DNA of 60,695 nt, taken from Xylographa opegraphella. Taxonomy: Eukaryota. The first letter of the stretch is position 1, and each line of letters begins with the position of its first letter. This document shows positions 1 to 14,198 of this stretch, piece after piece. Under the pieces are notes generated by a model. The model was given only the letters and a program-made list of their open reading frames with translations. It ran no database searches and was not told where the DNA came from. A program made the translations under genes and the position numbers. Where the stretch lies: assembly GCA_022813865.1 (NCBI GenBank), contig JALDZX010000060.1:62037-122731 (forward strand), read 5' to 3'.

Positions 1-695
1 CTTCACCGAATATACGATTACTGTTGCCCCCGCCCTGATCCAAATACACGTGCCTTTTAATACCATGCATATAATAAAAAAGGAATGCTTCGTTGTGCTT
101 TTTCTTTTATTTTATAGAACTAGGAGCACGTCTATCCGATTTCTACCCCAGATGTCCTATTCTGCTGTCATATCCTATGCTACAATATCATCCCCTACCC
201 CATCCCCATCCCATCATCCCATCATCCCATCATCCTCCCACCCCTTCCAACTCCACCAAGTTCCATCCGTCCCACACATAACCTTCCGCACCCCCGCCCC
301 CCTCTCTATTCCGAACCCATACAACGACGCTGTCCCACGCAACGCCACGCTGCCTCCTCACTCTCCGCGCTTCTCTTCGCACGGCCGAGGGAGCTAGGCT
401 GTGATGCCGAAAGCCGATAGGACGAGGTGTGAAATGGTGAGGCGGCAGGAGCCGCTGCCGCTGCATCGGAGGTGGGAGTTGTGGCTGAAGCCGTGCGGTG
501 GCTAGAGTTTTGGCTTTTCGTACTGCACTTCCGTACTGTGCTTCCGTATCGTGCTCGTCGTAGTCATTTGATGCGTCCGTCGTCCGGAATGCCCAACCGG
601 GCACATCTCCCAGTCCCAACTTCCCCTACCCCAAATCCCAACCGTTCCCATCAAGCATAACCGCTCGTCTATATCTCCAAATCCATCAAGAAATC

Positions 696-3600
696 TCACA
701 ACGCCAAGCCCGAGCCATCGCCCGTCCATCGGTACAGCGAGAGGACCTCCCGCCGCCGCAGCTGCTGCTCGCCAAAATCTTCCGACACGCGGCCTTTGAC
801 CTGCGCAAGGGCGGAGCGCATGACCTTGCGGAAGTTCCGCTGGCCGATGGCGTTAGCGCGATGCCAAAACGGTCTAGTTTGAAAAATAAAATAAAAATTG
901 GGAAAAACAAAAGACGAATCTTACCTGATACTCCGTATTGAGCGTCACGACGCACGCCTCGTGCGCGCGCACAATCGTCTCGCACGCCTTCACCACGCTC
1001 GGGCTCGCTTCGCCCTGCAACTTGTCGGCGATGAGGAGCAGCAGGAAACTGCCCTGCAGGAGGTAGATGCCGAAGAAAAAGGGCATGAAGCTGAGGTCGG
1101 GGTCGTACTCGAGGATGTCGCTGATGGCTTCGGCGGCGCTGACGGCGTGGCCGGTCGCGCTGATGAACGACTGCGAGCTGATCCACAGGTCGTTGTCGTC
1201 CAGCAGAGAAATAGGATCCCACTTCCCCGTCAGGAGAATGTGCAGCACGTGCATGACGTGCGTGCCGTACGCGACCACCGTCTTGGTCTGGATGATGGAC
1301 TCGGTGATTCGGGACGAATTGGAGTTCGCCGATCGGACGGAAGGGGTCCCCATGTCGCCATTGACGTGCTCCGATTCTGTTGGCTCGGTCGAGTGCATGT
1401 TCGCAGTGTAGCGTGTTTCGAATTCCTTCAGGCTTCGTCCATACGCCTCCAGTTGCTGCGTGATTTCGGCGGCTTGGTCGTCCCATTCATTGCCCCCTCG
1501 GAAGCCAAGACCAAATCTGGGATGATTGCGCGCGTGATTGAGGTCGACAATTTCGCCCAGGATCGTCATCAGGGGTAAAAAGTACCCATAAATACTGTGA
1601 CCGGTACACTCGAAGCTGGGGCCGGTTCGACGGTACTGTGGAGTATTCGGACTTCCTGAATAGATGCTGGAATTTCCCGAATAGAAATCGCCAGCCTGCC
1701 AGACCGTGTCGCTGATTGGTTGAAGAAGTCCATCACATTCGATGTCCAGCAGAAACAGCGGGCGATTGTAACAGAGTGCCAGATGTCGATCCACGGTATA
1801 TAGTAACCACCATATCCGCCGGCGCTCTTCACGCTCCTCCTCGCTCACCGTCCCCGGTGGTACTGGGTCATTGGTGGATCCTGGTATTCCGTTCGCCGGT
1901 TCCTGCTCCGCCATGTCAAGATCGACCTCTCCATCCGCATCCGCTTCATCTCCCTGCACATGATCCCTTCCACCTGGCTGTGGAGGATTTGGAGGCAATT
2001 CCCGTCCGAGCTTCAGCTCGCGTGCCAACGACCATGCTGCATTCCACCATCGCAAGCTCGCTGCCTTGTACTCCGAAGCAGAGATGACGGTGGCGAGGTG
2101 GAAATAGGTGGCCACATCATCCAGTCCTCCCGTGGCGCCACCGTCCGCGGACAGCGAGTCACCGCTCGACATTGCGACTCCCAGCCCCCCCAGCGCTACG
2201 CCGTTGATGACCGAGTTCATGGCGTAGTTCGGGGAGCTGTCCGACGTGCACGGTCCGTGGATCAGCGGGCGCAGGAGGCCGACGGTGAGCTCCAGTAATT
2301 TCTGACAGATCCTCCCGCGGGCGGACGGTGGAGACGTGAGGAAAGGAGCGTCGCTGGTTTGAGCTGCAACCCATAGCATACTACACAATAACGCGGGACT
2401 GCACAAACGTGGCCGGCTGGGATGGAGGAAAGATCGTCGTCGGAAGACATATCCCAACACATAAGGCGAAAGCGGATGCACGTGTGAGGATGATGAGCTG
2501 GTAAAGTAGAGCTCAAGAAGATCGCATGCTAGAGACGTGGGGAGTATGCTCGCGATACTCGGTAATAAGGGCTGCAACACCGGGTATCTCAGCGTCGGAG
2601 GCGGGTTCAGGAGATTTTGAGGCTGATACACCGAAGCGGACGGGGACGGCAATGAAAGCCAACCGGGCGATCCGGGGATGGGTGATGCGGCCATGAAGCT
2701 GGTCAACGGGCTCTCACCGCTCCGACCGAAAGCATAGCTGGTCGGCGCATGCGGATCGTGAGAGTTCAGCAGAGGATATCCGCCTTCGCCATACGCAGGA
2801 TAGCCATTCTGGGTGGTTGCTGGGGTGGGGAGGTGGTGCAACGGATGTCCATTCAGGACATGTGCTCCGTTCATCGAGGGCAGCGCATGCATCGGCTGCC
2901 GTCCGTAATCCTGCATGAGGTTGAAGCCGTTCAGCGAGAGGGATCCGGGACTATCGCGCAGGCTTGGGCGCGGAAATTGCGGCGCCTGGAGATCTGGGGA
3001 TCCCGCTCCGTGCAGGCTCGACAAGCGCCGATGGTGCTGGAGAAATACTTTGTTAGACGATCTTTCCTGTGTCATGCTCATCGTTCTCGCTCTTACCACT
3101 TCACCGGCTCCGTTGATCGAGGAAGAGCCAGCAGTCCCGCTATCCGATCCGCTCATCGATTTCAGCGGAACGGGCGGCGGCGGTAAGTCCATCGGGGCCG
3201 ACGGCGCCCCCTTCAGAAGATCTTGGTCGCCATGGTTCGATTGAGACGGGGAAGGATCCTCGGACGAGTAGCCACTCGGAGATGGAGGATTGGCCGCTGC
3301 AGACGAGGCGGTTTGCTGCCGGGCCAGATCCTTCCTCGATGCCTTCCCACGCTTCTTTCGCTCACGAAAGTACTCGCAGGCCAGCCCAAATTCTTCGTGC
3401 ACGCGTCAGCTCAGTCCAGCGGGGGCGGGGGTGCCCTCGACTCACCAACGCAATGAGCACACGGGGTTCTTCCGTCGCACTTTGTCCGCAGCTGGTTGCA
3501 TTGATCACATGCCCGGCTGATCCTGCGCCGGACGGGACCCGAGGTGCCATTCTTCTCCTCGCTTCGAACCTCGGAGTTCCGCCGATGCCCTTCTCGCGCT

Positions 3601-3848
3601 TTGAGCTGAGCGTTCTGGAGCGAATGGTGGCGAGCGCGGTTCGGGCTCTTCAAGGGCGGGGCTGAGTCCTGGTCGGCCATGGCGATGGACTGCACGTGAT
3701 GGACCGCATATTGCGGCCCACTGGACATGGAGTCGATTCCGGATGTCTGGATGCGTTGCGGGTGGTCGATTGCGGGCGGGAAGGCTTTCAAATCTGGACT
3801 CATCGGATTAAAGATTGGTGAGAATTGGTGGTGAGCCGTCGCGAGCAT
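696..3848 (-). CDS. xlnR: Xylanolytic Zn2Cys6 transcriptional activator XlnR/Xyr1 (3 exons: 3848-3446, 3392-925, 839-696)
   Basis: Zn cluster [35 protein letters not shown] joined across intron 3445-3393. Fungal TF region [27 protein letters not shown]. XlnR C-terminus [15 protein letters not shown]...[30 protein letters not shown]...[13 protein letters not shown]. Confidence 0.95.
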
Positions 3849-6296
3849 GGTGTTTCGTGTCTCCAGGCAAGTGGGATGTATTGGCAACGGTGAAGAGTGT
3901 GCCAGAGCAGGATGTTATTCGCCAATTACCACGGATCTGCGTGAACATCGACGTTGTTCACGCTCATCGCACGAACGGGCAGCTTTGCTGATCGAGGGCG
4001 AGCGTGAGGGTGGAGGACGTGGGTTGACCAAGGCGAGGAGGCGAGCATCCAGATGTAGGAAGAATAACGAAAAGCTTTTTTGTTTGGCAGAAGGAGATGA
4101 CGAGAAATCGCATCGAGCGCCCAGTCCAGCCCCGAGCCTGCGCATTGACGTCGCCTGCAAGCAATAATAATATTCCGTACATAGTCCGATAGGCACAGGA
4201 CAGGCGGGATGGGCGACGGGGGATTTCTTTGGTGTGTTCGGACCAAAGCTTGTGGGGGTGGGTGGAGGGCAAGGAAAGCGGCCATGCAGCTGTAGGCTTC
4301 GGGGCGTGTTCGGCGTGTTGGGCGTGTTGATGGCGTCGAGCGTCAAAGTCAATAGCATACTAAGCTGCCCGATGTGGATTAGTCGGACGCGGGGTAGAGG
4401 AGATGCCGGGCTGAGGACCGACAGGGGTCAGAGAAGGGCGAGCTGAGAGGTGGAAGGTGGAAGGTGGGAGGAAGTTTGACCTTACGTCAGGATCACGATG
4501 TGGGACGATGGGGGAAGAGACACGAGGGGGGCGTCAACGGCCAAGTCAGTAGGTAGGTACACGGCAACAACAAAAGATGTGGCTGCGTCCAGAAGTACCA
4601 GGAACATGGGCCTGCCCACACGCCAACCAGCAAGTACGGAGTACATCTCGCTCCCTCTCTCCTCCCCATCTCTCACCGCGCATCCACACGTCGGTCCGTT
4701 CATCCGACAGGGCCACCAGTGGTCGTTGGCGGGGTGTAAAAGTGTGGAGTGACTTTCGCTGCACAGCCCGAAGAAGCAGGCAGCCATGTGATAGACTTCG
4801 CGATGCATCATATCTCTCTCACGGTGTTGGACCGACCCGCAACAACAAGGAGTGGAATGATGATGTGTGGTAGGGCGGAGGGGCAATCATCGAGCTCCGA
4901 ATGAAGCAGGAACCGGGGGGGCAACTGGTGCCGCGCTACCTCGACACACCCCCGGTGACGCTACCCAAGGTAAGCTCTCTAGCGAAGTAGAGATCTCGAC
5001 GGCGGAAAGTGAAAGTCCAATGATAATCTCAACATTTCACCGTCCCTTCGACCCACTCCCTCCCTGTCCTAACCCCATTTTGAGTTTGATATATGTAAAC
5101 GGGCCCCCTCCCCTAGAGGTCCCCCGTGGCGTGAACGGAGATGTGTGCGCGAGCCCTCTTGTGACGATACCACCCCCTCGTCGGCCCAGATCGAGTGCTG
5201 CAGGCCGCATGCAAATAATATGTGGCTTTCGTTCCACGGATGGGCGGAAGCGAAAAGATGGAGAAATTCCAACGCGCCAACCAGCTGCTCGGGTGCTTAG
5301 GCCCCACCTAAGTGCCGGCAGGGCCCCTGTGCGGCTTGCAGCCCGCGCCCCGGGGGGGGTGGGGGAACAGCCATCACGCCCTCGACCGCTTGGGCAGCCG
5401 ATCATCGCTGCACGCTTCCCTCCTGCCACACATTATTACCGTATTACCTTCTTGTCGGCGATGGAGGACGAAGGAGGCAAGACGGGACTGGAAGCACGGT
5501 CCATCCTTTCGGCGACAGCGCCCCGTCTTCAGCGTCCGCTCCCTCCCCGACGTCAGCAGCCTGCGTTTGCCGGCTCGTTCACGTGTTCGTTGGGCAGCGG
5601 GTAGGATCTGGTCTAGCCACTCTCGTGTCACGGAGGCCACCTCTCCGCTGCCACTCGGTGCAGAAAGCAACCTTCGTGAGGCTTTCCAACTACTAGAGGT
5701 ACGATGGTGGTACCTGACTGTACCTCCGTAGTACCTACTGTGTAGACTACTTACTAGGTACCTGCTTCCCAATCCCCATCTCCACCTCCACCTCCACACG
5801 CTAAATCTCCACAGACGGATCTCTCGAAATCCCAACGGCGTTCCCGGCGTCGTGGTCCGCCGCACGAGGCTCGCACGTCCTTCCACCACTCCTGTTCCGC
5901 TCCCATTCATCACACGCCCGACCGCGTGCACTTGTGCCTGGCTTCGATGCGCATGCCTCCTTGCCCCGTTTGTGGTCGGATGGTCTCCTCCGTGGTAGTG
6001 GATTCCTCTGTCGAGCGCGAGACCTGTACCCGTCCTGCGCCCTACCCCGCGGAAAGCCAAAGCTTGGCAAAGCCTATGGTGGTTCTAGACCTCCGATGCT
6101 CTATCTTCTGTCGACCATTTGGCGAAGCAAGATTCCCGGCTCCTTCTCGGCAGATTCCACCCCATGATCTCTCCATGGACATCGCATTGCTTTTTCAACC
6201 CGCACGCATCGTAAGACCGTCGTCCGACCTGGCGCTCGTGGCCATCGAGCTCCTGCCACCACGCAACTGTGGACGACCGTCCTTCCCAATGCTACC

Positions 6297-8017
6297 CTAC
6301 AGTGCCAGGGCCGAGAGCACACCGGCTCCGATCAGGCCGCCTTCCGAGGCCTCTCGGAGCACAACCCGTGGCGTGGGGCGTTGCGTGAGGTCAAGGAGGA
6401 TGGTGTCGAGCGATGCTTGGATTTGTGCTCGGTAACCGGGATACAAGCAGATCAAGCCTCCGCAGTAAGCCACCACGAGTTCGTCGACGGAGTCTGGCAG
6501 CTCCGAGGAGCTTCTGGTGGTAGTGTCGGCTCTATGAGCCTCCTCCACCCCCATATCTCCGCTGGTGAAGAGCAAGGCGAGGATAGCCGCGGCAATCATG
6601 GCCGCTGATCGACGCAGCACCAGGCTTTCAATTCTCAGGAATACAGCGCAGAGGTGCGCTGTCCAAGTCCAGTGCTCACTTTCTTCGAACCCTGGAGTGT
6701 CTCTCAAACGCTCGGCTAGAGTCTCTGGGTCATTTGTGGTGCCCACAGTCTGCGCCAGAAACGAAGTTGGAACTGCGTGGCGCTGAAGGAGGCCAGACGG
6801 AAGTCGAGTCCTCTCGATGTGCATGAAGTTGATATATGTATCCACGAGAACCAATCGGACAACCTCCCCCAGGTAAGCTCCTGCTGTCATGTACTCGAAT
6901 GGCTGGAATCCTGGATTGTGGCTTTCCTCATCCAAAGCTTTGTCCCAGCGTGTAATCACACCGATCTCGCGTAGAGTGGCAGTTGATCCCCGGAGAGTCC
7001 ATTCGGTGTTGACCACCAACGTAGAATGGTCCGACACGGTCAAGTGCGAAGGTCTTTTCGAAGAACCAAGGGCGTCAAGCTTGAGGCACACTGCTGCGTT
7101 ACAGCCCGTCCCAAGGATGAGGCCTATCGCAGTTTTGCTTTGCAAGGTCGTTCTTGTTGAGTACGATAGAGACAGGAATGTGGCCACAGCATCGTTGGAG
7201 ATGGCTGTGATCCTAAGCTCGGGCAGACCCTGGAGAAAATGCTTCCCACCGTCTAAACGGGGTTTCCGATAACGTTCATAGCCTCCAAGGACCATTTCCC
7301 CAAGATCATGATATGAGGTGATCGCGAATCCTTTGCCCATTGGCATAAGAGTGGCTTCAGTTATGGATGATTGCCTGACAATGAGAATATTAGAGATCAG
7401 GGACAACATGAATTCTGAACACAAAAACACCAAGAATGACGCCTTGGATCATTGTAGGAAAAGAATAAGTGCGGCTTTGGAATAGAAAGTGATACATGAA
7501 CATACATCATTGGAAAACTGAAGGTGATACCTAATGGAATATCATTGGGTATTTGTTCCGAAGTTGCATGACAGAATCGAGCTTCCACAACTTCAGCGAG
7601 GCAGTCTCCGACCCAGGCAAACAAGTCCTCCGCTTTCTCAACTTTCAGATGCTCCTCAATTGGCCAAGATTTACCGTGACATTTCCGGACATTTTCCGTG
7701 AACAAATGGCCTTTTTGATCATCTGCAAGCTGATGAGTAGGACCTTCAAGATGGCTTGTTTGACCATCTGGACCACTCCCCAGAAGAGTGACAAAAGCTA
7801 TGCGAAGATTTGTCCCGCCCAGATCAATGGTCAAGTATTCTCCTGTCTCGTGACCAGTTGGAAGCCTTGTGATGGGAGTTGCCAGAAACTGGTCAGTCGA
7901 ATGCAGCGCTAGGTCGCTATATGTGGCAGATAGTTGACGGACGAGAGAACACAACCTAGCGGAGCTTATCTGCAACGGGTCAAGCCAATCATCGATGATT
8001 GCAGTCTGGTGCGACAT
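6297..8017 (-). CDS. Atypical hexokinase-like protein (HxkC/HxkD-type, possibly regulatory); 2 exons, intron 7505-7375
   Basis: Motifs DLGGTNLR, LGITFSFPM, SNDAVATFLS, ILGTGCNA, VNTEW, PFEYMTAGAYLGE. The canonical WTKGF is replaced by MGKGF. Confidence 0.88.
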
Positions 8018-8493
8018 AATGAACAATGATGAACACTTCAAGAGAGAATGAATGGTAGCGAACTGCTTCCTACACGTGTATCGTATCGGACTCAGGACGT
8101 TGTCCAGATGGGACTTCGTTGTTCACGAAGTTCTTCAATAAGCATCCTTAATGAGGTTTGAGCTGCATCGCCTGATGAAATGTTTCTTACAAGACGAGAA
8201 CTTGGCCAACGTTGAAGGGAATTGCTCGAATTGTTGTTTACAAACTTAATCCTCGGAACTATGTATCTCCGAGAATGTGGCGGATATGTAGCAGGGGTTT
8301 GGCAAAAGGTGGAGTGACTCTGCGGGATGTCGTGATTGGATTATATAAGCTCAAAGACCCTAATCGATATTGAAGTAATGACCATCTTGAGAAATTTATT
8401 TGCCATCCTTTCGCATACATAATTGAATCCGAGGGTAACACTTCAGTGATCCCTCAGGTTCTTTCCCACATCGCATTTTTTGTTCATATTACA

Positions 8494-11400
8494 ATGACGA
8501 CTGTTTCAAGCGTTGGTGAAGCTGGTACGTAAGAAGCACAAGGATCCCCCGCCTGCGGCTTTGTGGCGAACCTATCAGCCATTGATAGTGAGCTGATTCG
8601 TGATATGCAGTCGCACGCATTGCATACATTTCCAGCGATGTCGTTGTGTCTGTCCAGCCTACACTGGCAAAGGACTCGGAGTTTTCGAGGCACCTGAACG
8701 ATCTAGTGACGAGAAAGTCTCCTTCTGTAATTGCAAAAGGAATTCCAAATGTACGCAGGCACCGATCAAACAGCTTGAGAATACTGATCGGAGATTAGGT
8801 ACAATCAATAAGACACAATAACGACCCTTTTCTGTCTGCCTTTGAACCTCTACGTTCCGGAAAACTCGTCTCCGTTACGACACCCTCGTCTACACTTCTC
8901 ACCTCTGTTCCACATCTTTATAAACTTGCTCAGTATCCAATTGTGATTCATGTTTCTCTACATCCCCTTGGCTTGCCCGACTACTCGGAGATCACTGCCA
9001 TAAGGCAATCTGGATTCTCCTTTTTACAGTCTGAGACTCTACAGGAGGCGCAAGATATAGCACTGACTGCCCATGCGCTTGCTATTACATCTGGGAAGGG
9101 AGTCATCCACTTTTTCGACGTGAGCAACTCGATCGAGGATACATCAATATCCGTGGAGAGCGAGAACTTTGTTCGAGCATTGCTGGAGACAGATGCTGTC
9201 AGAGCTTATCAATCGTCGAGAATCGGAGCTAGTTCGCTATATGTGGACGACGGGCGCCAAGCTACCGTCACCAAAAGTGACCTCCCAACGGTTGGGGAAC
9301 ACTCTAACCAGATTGATGCCACGCCTATTGCAGAGCAGGCTCAATCCAAGGAAGCCAGTCGTGATGCGTCGTCCGTCGGCTCATCAGCTCGAGAGAGCAG
9401 TGCTGATAGTCGGCCCACTATCTCCTCAATGTCTTCTATCGATTCAGTGACGACTAGAACGATTACTTCGGAAGATATTTACGAATACCTATCTGCTATC
9501 TGGTCAAAATTTCAATCCGCGACAGGCCGCAGCTATGAAGCATTCGAATACACTGGGCCGTCTGATGCTGAGTCTGCTATATTCATATTCGGATCAACAG
9601 GAGTGTTCATTGATGCAATTCGTGACGCAAGTTCCGAGGATGAGTTTGCCAATGTTGGAATTATCACCGCTAGGGTATATCGCCCCTGGTTTGGCACGAG
9701 ATTGGCAGATTCGCTCCCCGGATCCGTCACCCGGATAGCTGTACTAGAGCAGATCAAGAGAAAAACTACAAAGTGGGGCCCTGTATTGCTCGACATCCTC
9801 ATGAGCTTGAAGACCGGTGCTTCTTCGACACAAGCTCCACTAATCGTGGGACACCAGCTTGGGCATATTGAGCCTGCTACTGCCCGCCAAGCTCTCCGGG
9901 GTATCTACCAGAATTTGAACTCATCGTCGCCGATACAGAATCTGGAAGTAGGAGTTTCAAAACCGCCGGCGGAGAGCTTGGCAAATTATGCGTTGGAACA
10001 ACCTAAAGTTGAAAGCGCATACTTGAAGATTTTGGATCAAGTTTTCGGCGACCGACTTTACATGGCGAATCGTTTGGAAGCGTCGGACGCTGGAATCTCC
10101 GCGTCGATTGCAGCTAATCCAGAATTTGGTTTTGGCTCCCTTTTAGCACGAACGGAACATCGACGGCGCTTTATAAGCGAGGTCAAAGATGCTGCGATGA
10201 CGATAAACTTTGCAACAGATATTCCACAGACTTGGCTTTCGAAATGGGCACTGAGTGCAGAAGACCCGAAGAAGTCCAACTCATTGGCTCGAGATGTCAT
10301 TGCCCGACTCAGAATTGATGGTTCGCCGTTGGCATATCAACTTCTAGCGTCAAAGCCTCTATTCTTCAAAGAGTCTCAGTGGCTAATCGGATCCGATGCG
10401 TGGGCATATGACCTCGGAAATTCTGGTGTCCATCATGTTTTAGCTTCCGGTGCGAATGTCAACATGCTGATCATTGATTCTCAACCATACTCGGAGAGAG
10501 CTGCCGCAGATGCCACACGACGGAAGAAAGATATTGGTCTCTACGCTATGAACTTTGGCAATGCCTATGTTGCTTCCGTGGCTGTATATAGCTCGTACAC
10601 TCAGGTTCTTGAGGCAATGATCGAAGCGGATCAGTTCGATGGTCCTTCGGTCATTGTTGCATATCTACCATACAACAAAGAGGATGACTCTCCTCTGACA
10701 GTGTTGCAAGAAACCAAGAAGGCTGTCGACCTTGGATACTGGCCTTTATATCGATGGAACCCACACAACGAAGACAATGGCTCTGCGAATTTCTCGCTTG
10801 ACTCGGAACGTATCAAGAAAGAGCTTGAAGAGTTTCTTAAGCGGGACAATCACCTATCTCAACTCATGAGGCGACATCCTGAGTTTTCCGCAAACTTGTC
10901 CGAATCGTACGGCAGTGAGGTTCGCGAGATGCAAAAGAGGAGTGCTAAAGACGCGTACGACCAGATGCTCGAAGGACTCTATGGTGCACCAATGACCATC
11001 CTGTTTGCTTCTGACAACGGAAATGCAGAAAGTTTAGCCAAACGGTTAGGTAACAGAGGAAAAGCTAGAGGTTTGAAGACGCTGGTTATGGCAATGGATG
11101 AATATCCTCTCGAGGATCTTGCCGGTGAGGAGAACGTTGTTATGATCACAAGTACAGCAGGACAAGGCGAATTTCCCCAAAATGGTCGCGCCTTTTGGGA
11201 TGCAGTCAAGGGTACTGTCGACCTCGACCTATCCAAAATCAAATTTTCCGTCTTTGCTCTTGGAGATAGTCACTATTGGCCGAGGAAAGAGGACAAGATA
11301 TACTACAACAAGCCTGGAAAGGATCTCGATATCCGAATAGCGTTCCTAGGCGCCCATCGACTAACTGAAGTCGGTATGGGAGATGATCAAGATCCGGATG

Positions 11401-13217
11401 GCTATCAGACTGGATATGCCGAATGGGAGCCAAAGCTATGGCAATCTCTTGGCGTCGATAAGGTTGAGGGCTTACCTGAAGAACCGCCACCAATCACAAA
11501 CGAGGATATCAAGATTGAATCAAACTTTCTTCGGGGTACTATTGCTGAGGGCCTCAAGGATACGTCTACAGGTGCGATTGCGGCTTCTGACCAACAGTTG
11601 ACTAAATTTCACGGGACATACATGCAAGATGACCGTGACTTACGCGATGAACGCAAAGCACAAGGTTTAGAACCCGCTTACACGTTCATGATCCGGTGCC
11701 GCTTGAACGGGGGTGTTGCTACACCATCGCAATGGCTGCAAATGGATGCCATCAGTAGCGCATATGGGAATGAAACCATGAAGATGACAACTCGACAGAC
11801 ATTCCAATTTCATGGCGTTGTGAAAGGAAAATTGAAGCCGGCCATGCAGGCTATCAATAAAGCTCTGATGACCACCCTGGCTGCTTGCGGTGATGTCAAC
11901 CGTAACGTTATGGTCAGCGCTCTACCCACGCAATCAGCATACCACAAGGATGTTCACGAAGTATCTGCAAGGATATCGGATCACCTCCTACCCGCGACTA
12001 CAGCGTATCATGAAATTTGGCTGAAAGATGAAAATGACAACAAGACTCAAATTGCAGGGAATGCGGTTGTGGATCAAGAACCATTGTATGGTCCTACTTA
12101 TTTGCCTCGGAAGTACAAGATCACTATTGCAATCCCGCCTCATAACGACACCGATGTGTATGCCCACGACGTTGGACTTATCGCCATCAAAAATGATCAA
12201 GGCCGGCTGGAAGGATTCAACGTTCTTGCAGGTGGCGGCATGGGAGTTACACATAACAATAAGAAGACCTATCCACGAACTGGTAGTATGATGGGTTATG
12301 CTCCCGCGGAAAAAATCCACATTGTCTGCGAAAAGATCATGCTCGTCCAGCGAGACCACGGCGATCGCACAAACCGAAAGCATGCACGCCTAAAGTACAC
12401 GATCGATGACATGGGTGTTGACGTCTTCCGTGGGAAGGTGGAAGATCTTCTCGGGTACAAATTCGAACAAGCGCGACCGTTCGAGTTCGTCTCCAATATC
12501 GATACGTTTGGTTGGCAAAAGGACGAGTTTGGGCTCAATCACCATACCTTTTTCGTCGAGAATGGACGCGTCGAAGATACACCAGAATTCCCGATGAAGA
12601 CTGGGCTGAGAGAGATCGCCAAAGTACACAAAGGAGAGTTCCGGCTGACGGGCAACCAGCATCTGTGTCTCTCCGGTGTACACGACGACGACCTGGACAA
12701 CATCAAGGCCATGATGAAGAAGTACAAGCTGGACAACGTCCAGTTTTCTGGTCTTCGGCTGAGCTCCTCGGCTTGCGTAGCTTTTCCCACCTGTGGACTC
12801 GCAATGGCCGAGTCGGAGCGCTATCTGCCTGTTCTCATCAGCAAGCTCGAGCAGTGCCTGGAGGAGAACGGGCTCCGCCACGACAGTATCGTCATGCGTA
12901 TGACCGGCTGTCCCAACGGCTGTGCCCGGCCCTGGCTGGCCGAGGTAGCCTTCGTAGGGAAAGCATACAACACCTACAATATGTATCTGGGCGGTGGATA
13001 CCACGGACAGAGACTCAACAAGCTGTACCGGAGCAGCATCCAGGAAGAAGAGATCCTAGGCATCATGAAGCCTCTTCTCAAACGCTACGCACTTGAAAGG
13101 CAGGAGGGCGAAAGGTTTGGCGAGTTCACCATCCGGATCGGGATGATCAAGCCGACCACGGAGGGCAAGACCTTCCACGACGATGTTGCCGAGGTTGAAA
13201 GCGATGTGGAGGCTTGA
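8494..13217 (+). CDS. MET5: Sulfite reductase beta subunit (hemoprotein, Met5/Ecm17 type); two short 5' introns
   Basis: Flavodoxin motifs LFASDNGNAE and TSTAGQGEFP; KFHGTYMQDDRD; siroheme/4Fe-4S motifs CVAFPTCGLA and MTGCPNGC. Start MTTVSSVGEA at 8494, then spliced VARIAYISSD. Confidence 0.95.
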
Positions 13218-13429
13218 AAAGGTGGGCACACGAGAGGTGATTTGTGTTACTTTACGCAGCATTGCATGGCAAGGAGTCACTAGGGAAATCTTTGGTTGGG
13301 TTGGATATCGGGACTATTGTCAGACACTGTATATAAAAGCACCAAGCGATGATGTATATAGAAAATTTTCATGCGCCACTTGATGTCTGAATACCCGAAG
13401 GCAGTTCCCATGAGAGACGATCGGTGTGG

Positions 13430-13612
13430 GTCTATAAGCGTTGTTCCTCATTCATTACACCTATTGACGAGATGAATACTGCTCTATAAGTGTTAATCCT
13501 CACTTTGCAAACCCATTGTGACTAGTCGAATGCTGGTCTATAAGTGTTATTCCCCACTTCGCAGGCCCATTGTGAGCACACGAATGCTATTCGAGAAATG
13601 TTATTCCCCATT
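13430..13612. repeat. Degenerate minisatellite, ~4 copies, period 52-54 bp
   Basis: Core CTATAAG(C/T)GTT..TCC.CA recurs at 13432, 13484 and 13538, with a degenerate copy at ~13592. CCCATTGTGA/CGAATGCT segments also recur. Confidence 0.65.
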
Positions 13613-14198
13613 CATGCTAAGCTTAAATATGATATTCAGTATTGAGAACAATAAAGCAGGTGGTTGGGTCTCCTGATTATCGTGAACTCTAGGGATGTCA
13701 TTCACGCAAATCCACCCCGAGGAGTACTATTTAATTCCTTCAGACCTCCAGCGATTTCTTCCTCTTTCATACTTCGAACATCTCTTTGAAGCTTGACCTT
13801 TTCCTCTTTCATCCTTATATGAGATCAAAACATCAAGTTCTACCAACCAAGCAAGCATTGCGATCATTGATAAGGTATGTTCGTCCGCCCCTTTAAGTAA
13901 TGTGGATCACGCCTGACGAGCTCGGCATGACCAGCCCCGCCACAGCGCCCGAAAGACCCCTGTCATCATCCCCACTAGCTCTAGCTCAGCCAGCTAAACC
14001 CATCCCCTGTTCCTTTCCGGTAAGTGACGCTGTTATCCGGACATAACACATAGCTCGAGGCTCCAAGATTTGAGCGTGCTTCACAACCTCCTCTACCATA
14101 CTTGCTACTGTAGAGCATGAGTTCTACGTTCTGACCTTCTTCATGCAGACCTCTACTCCTCCTTCCGTCTTTTCTGTCGAATCGCGCGTAGAGACAGC

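Noticed and set aside
1125..1155. Possible constitutive-activation substitution in the XlnR C-terminal regulatory helix
   Set aside because: The sequence reads [11 protein letters not shown], the wild-type pattern.
3900..6290. Several 100-245 aa ORFs upstream of xlnR
   Set aside because: They overlap on both strands, are Pro/Arg-rich and have no motifs, as expected by chance in GC-rich non-coding DNA.
13430..13612. Spaced repeat with variable middles as a CRISPR-like array
   Set aside because: The intervening parts are themselves homologous between copies, so this is a degenerate minisatellite.
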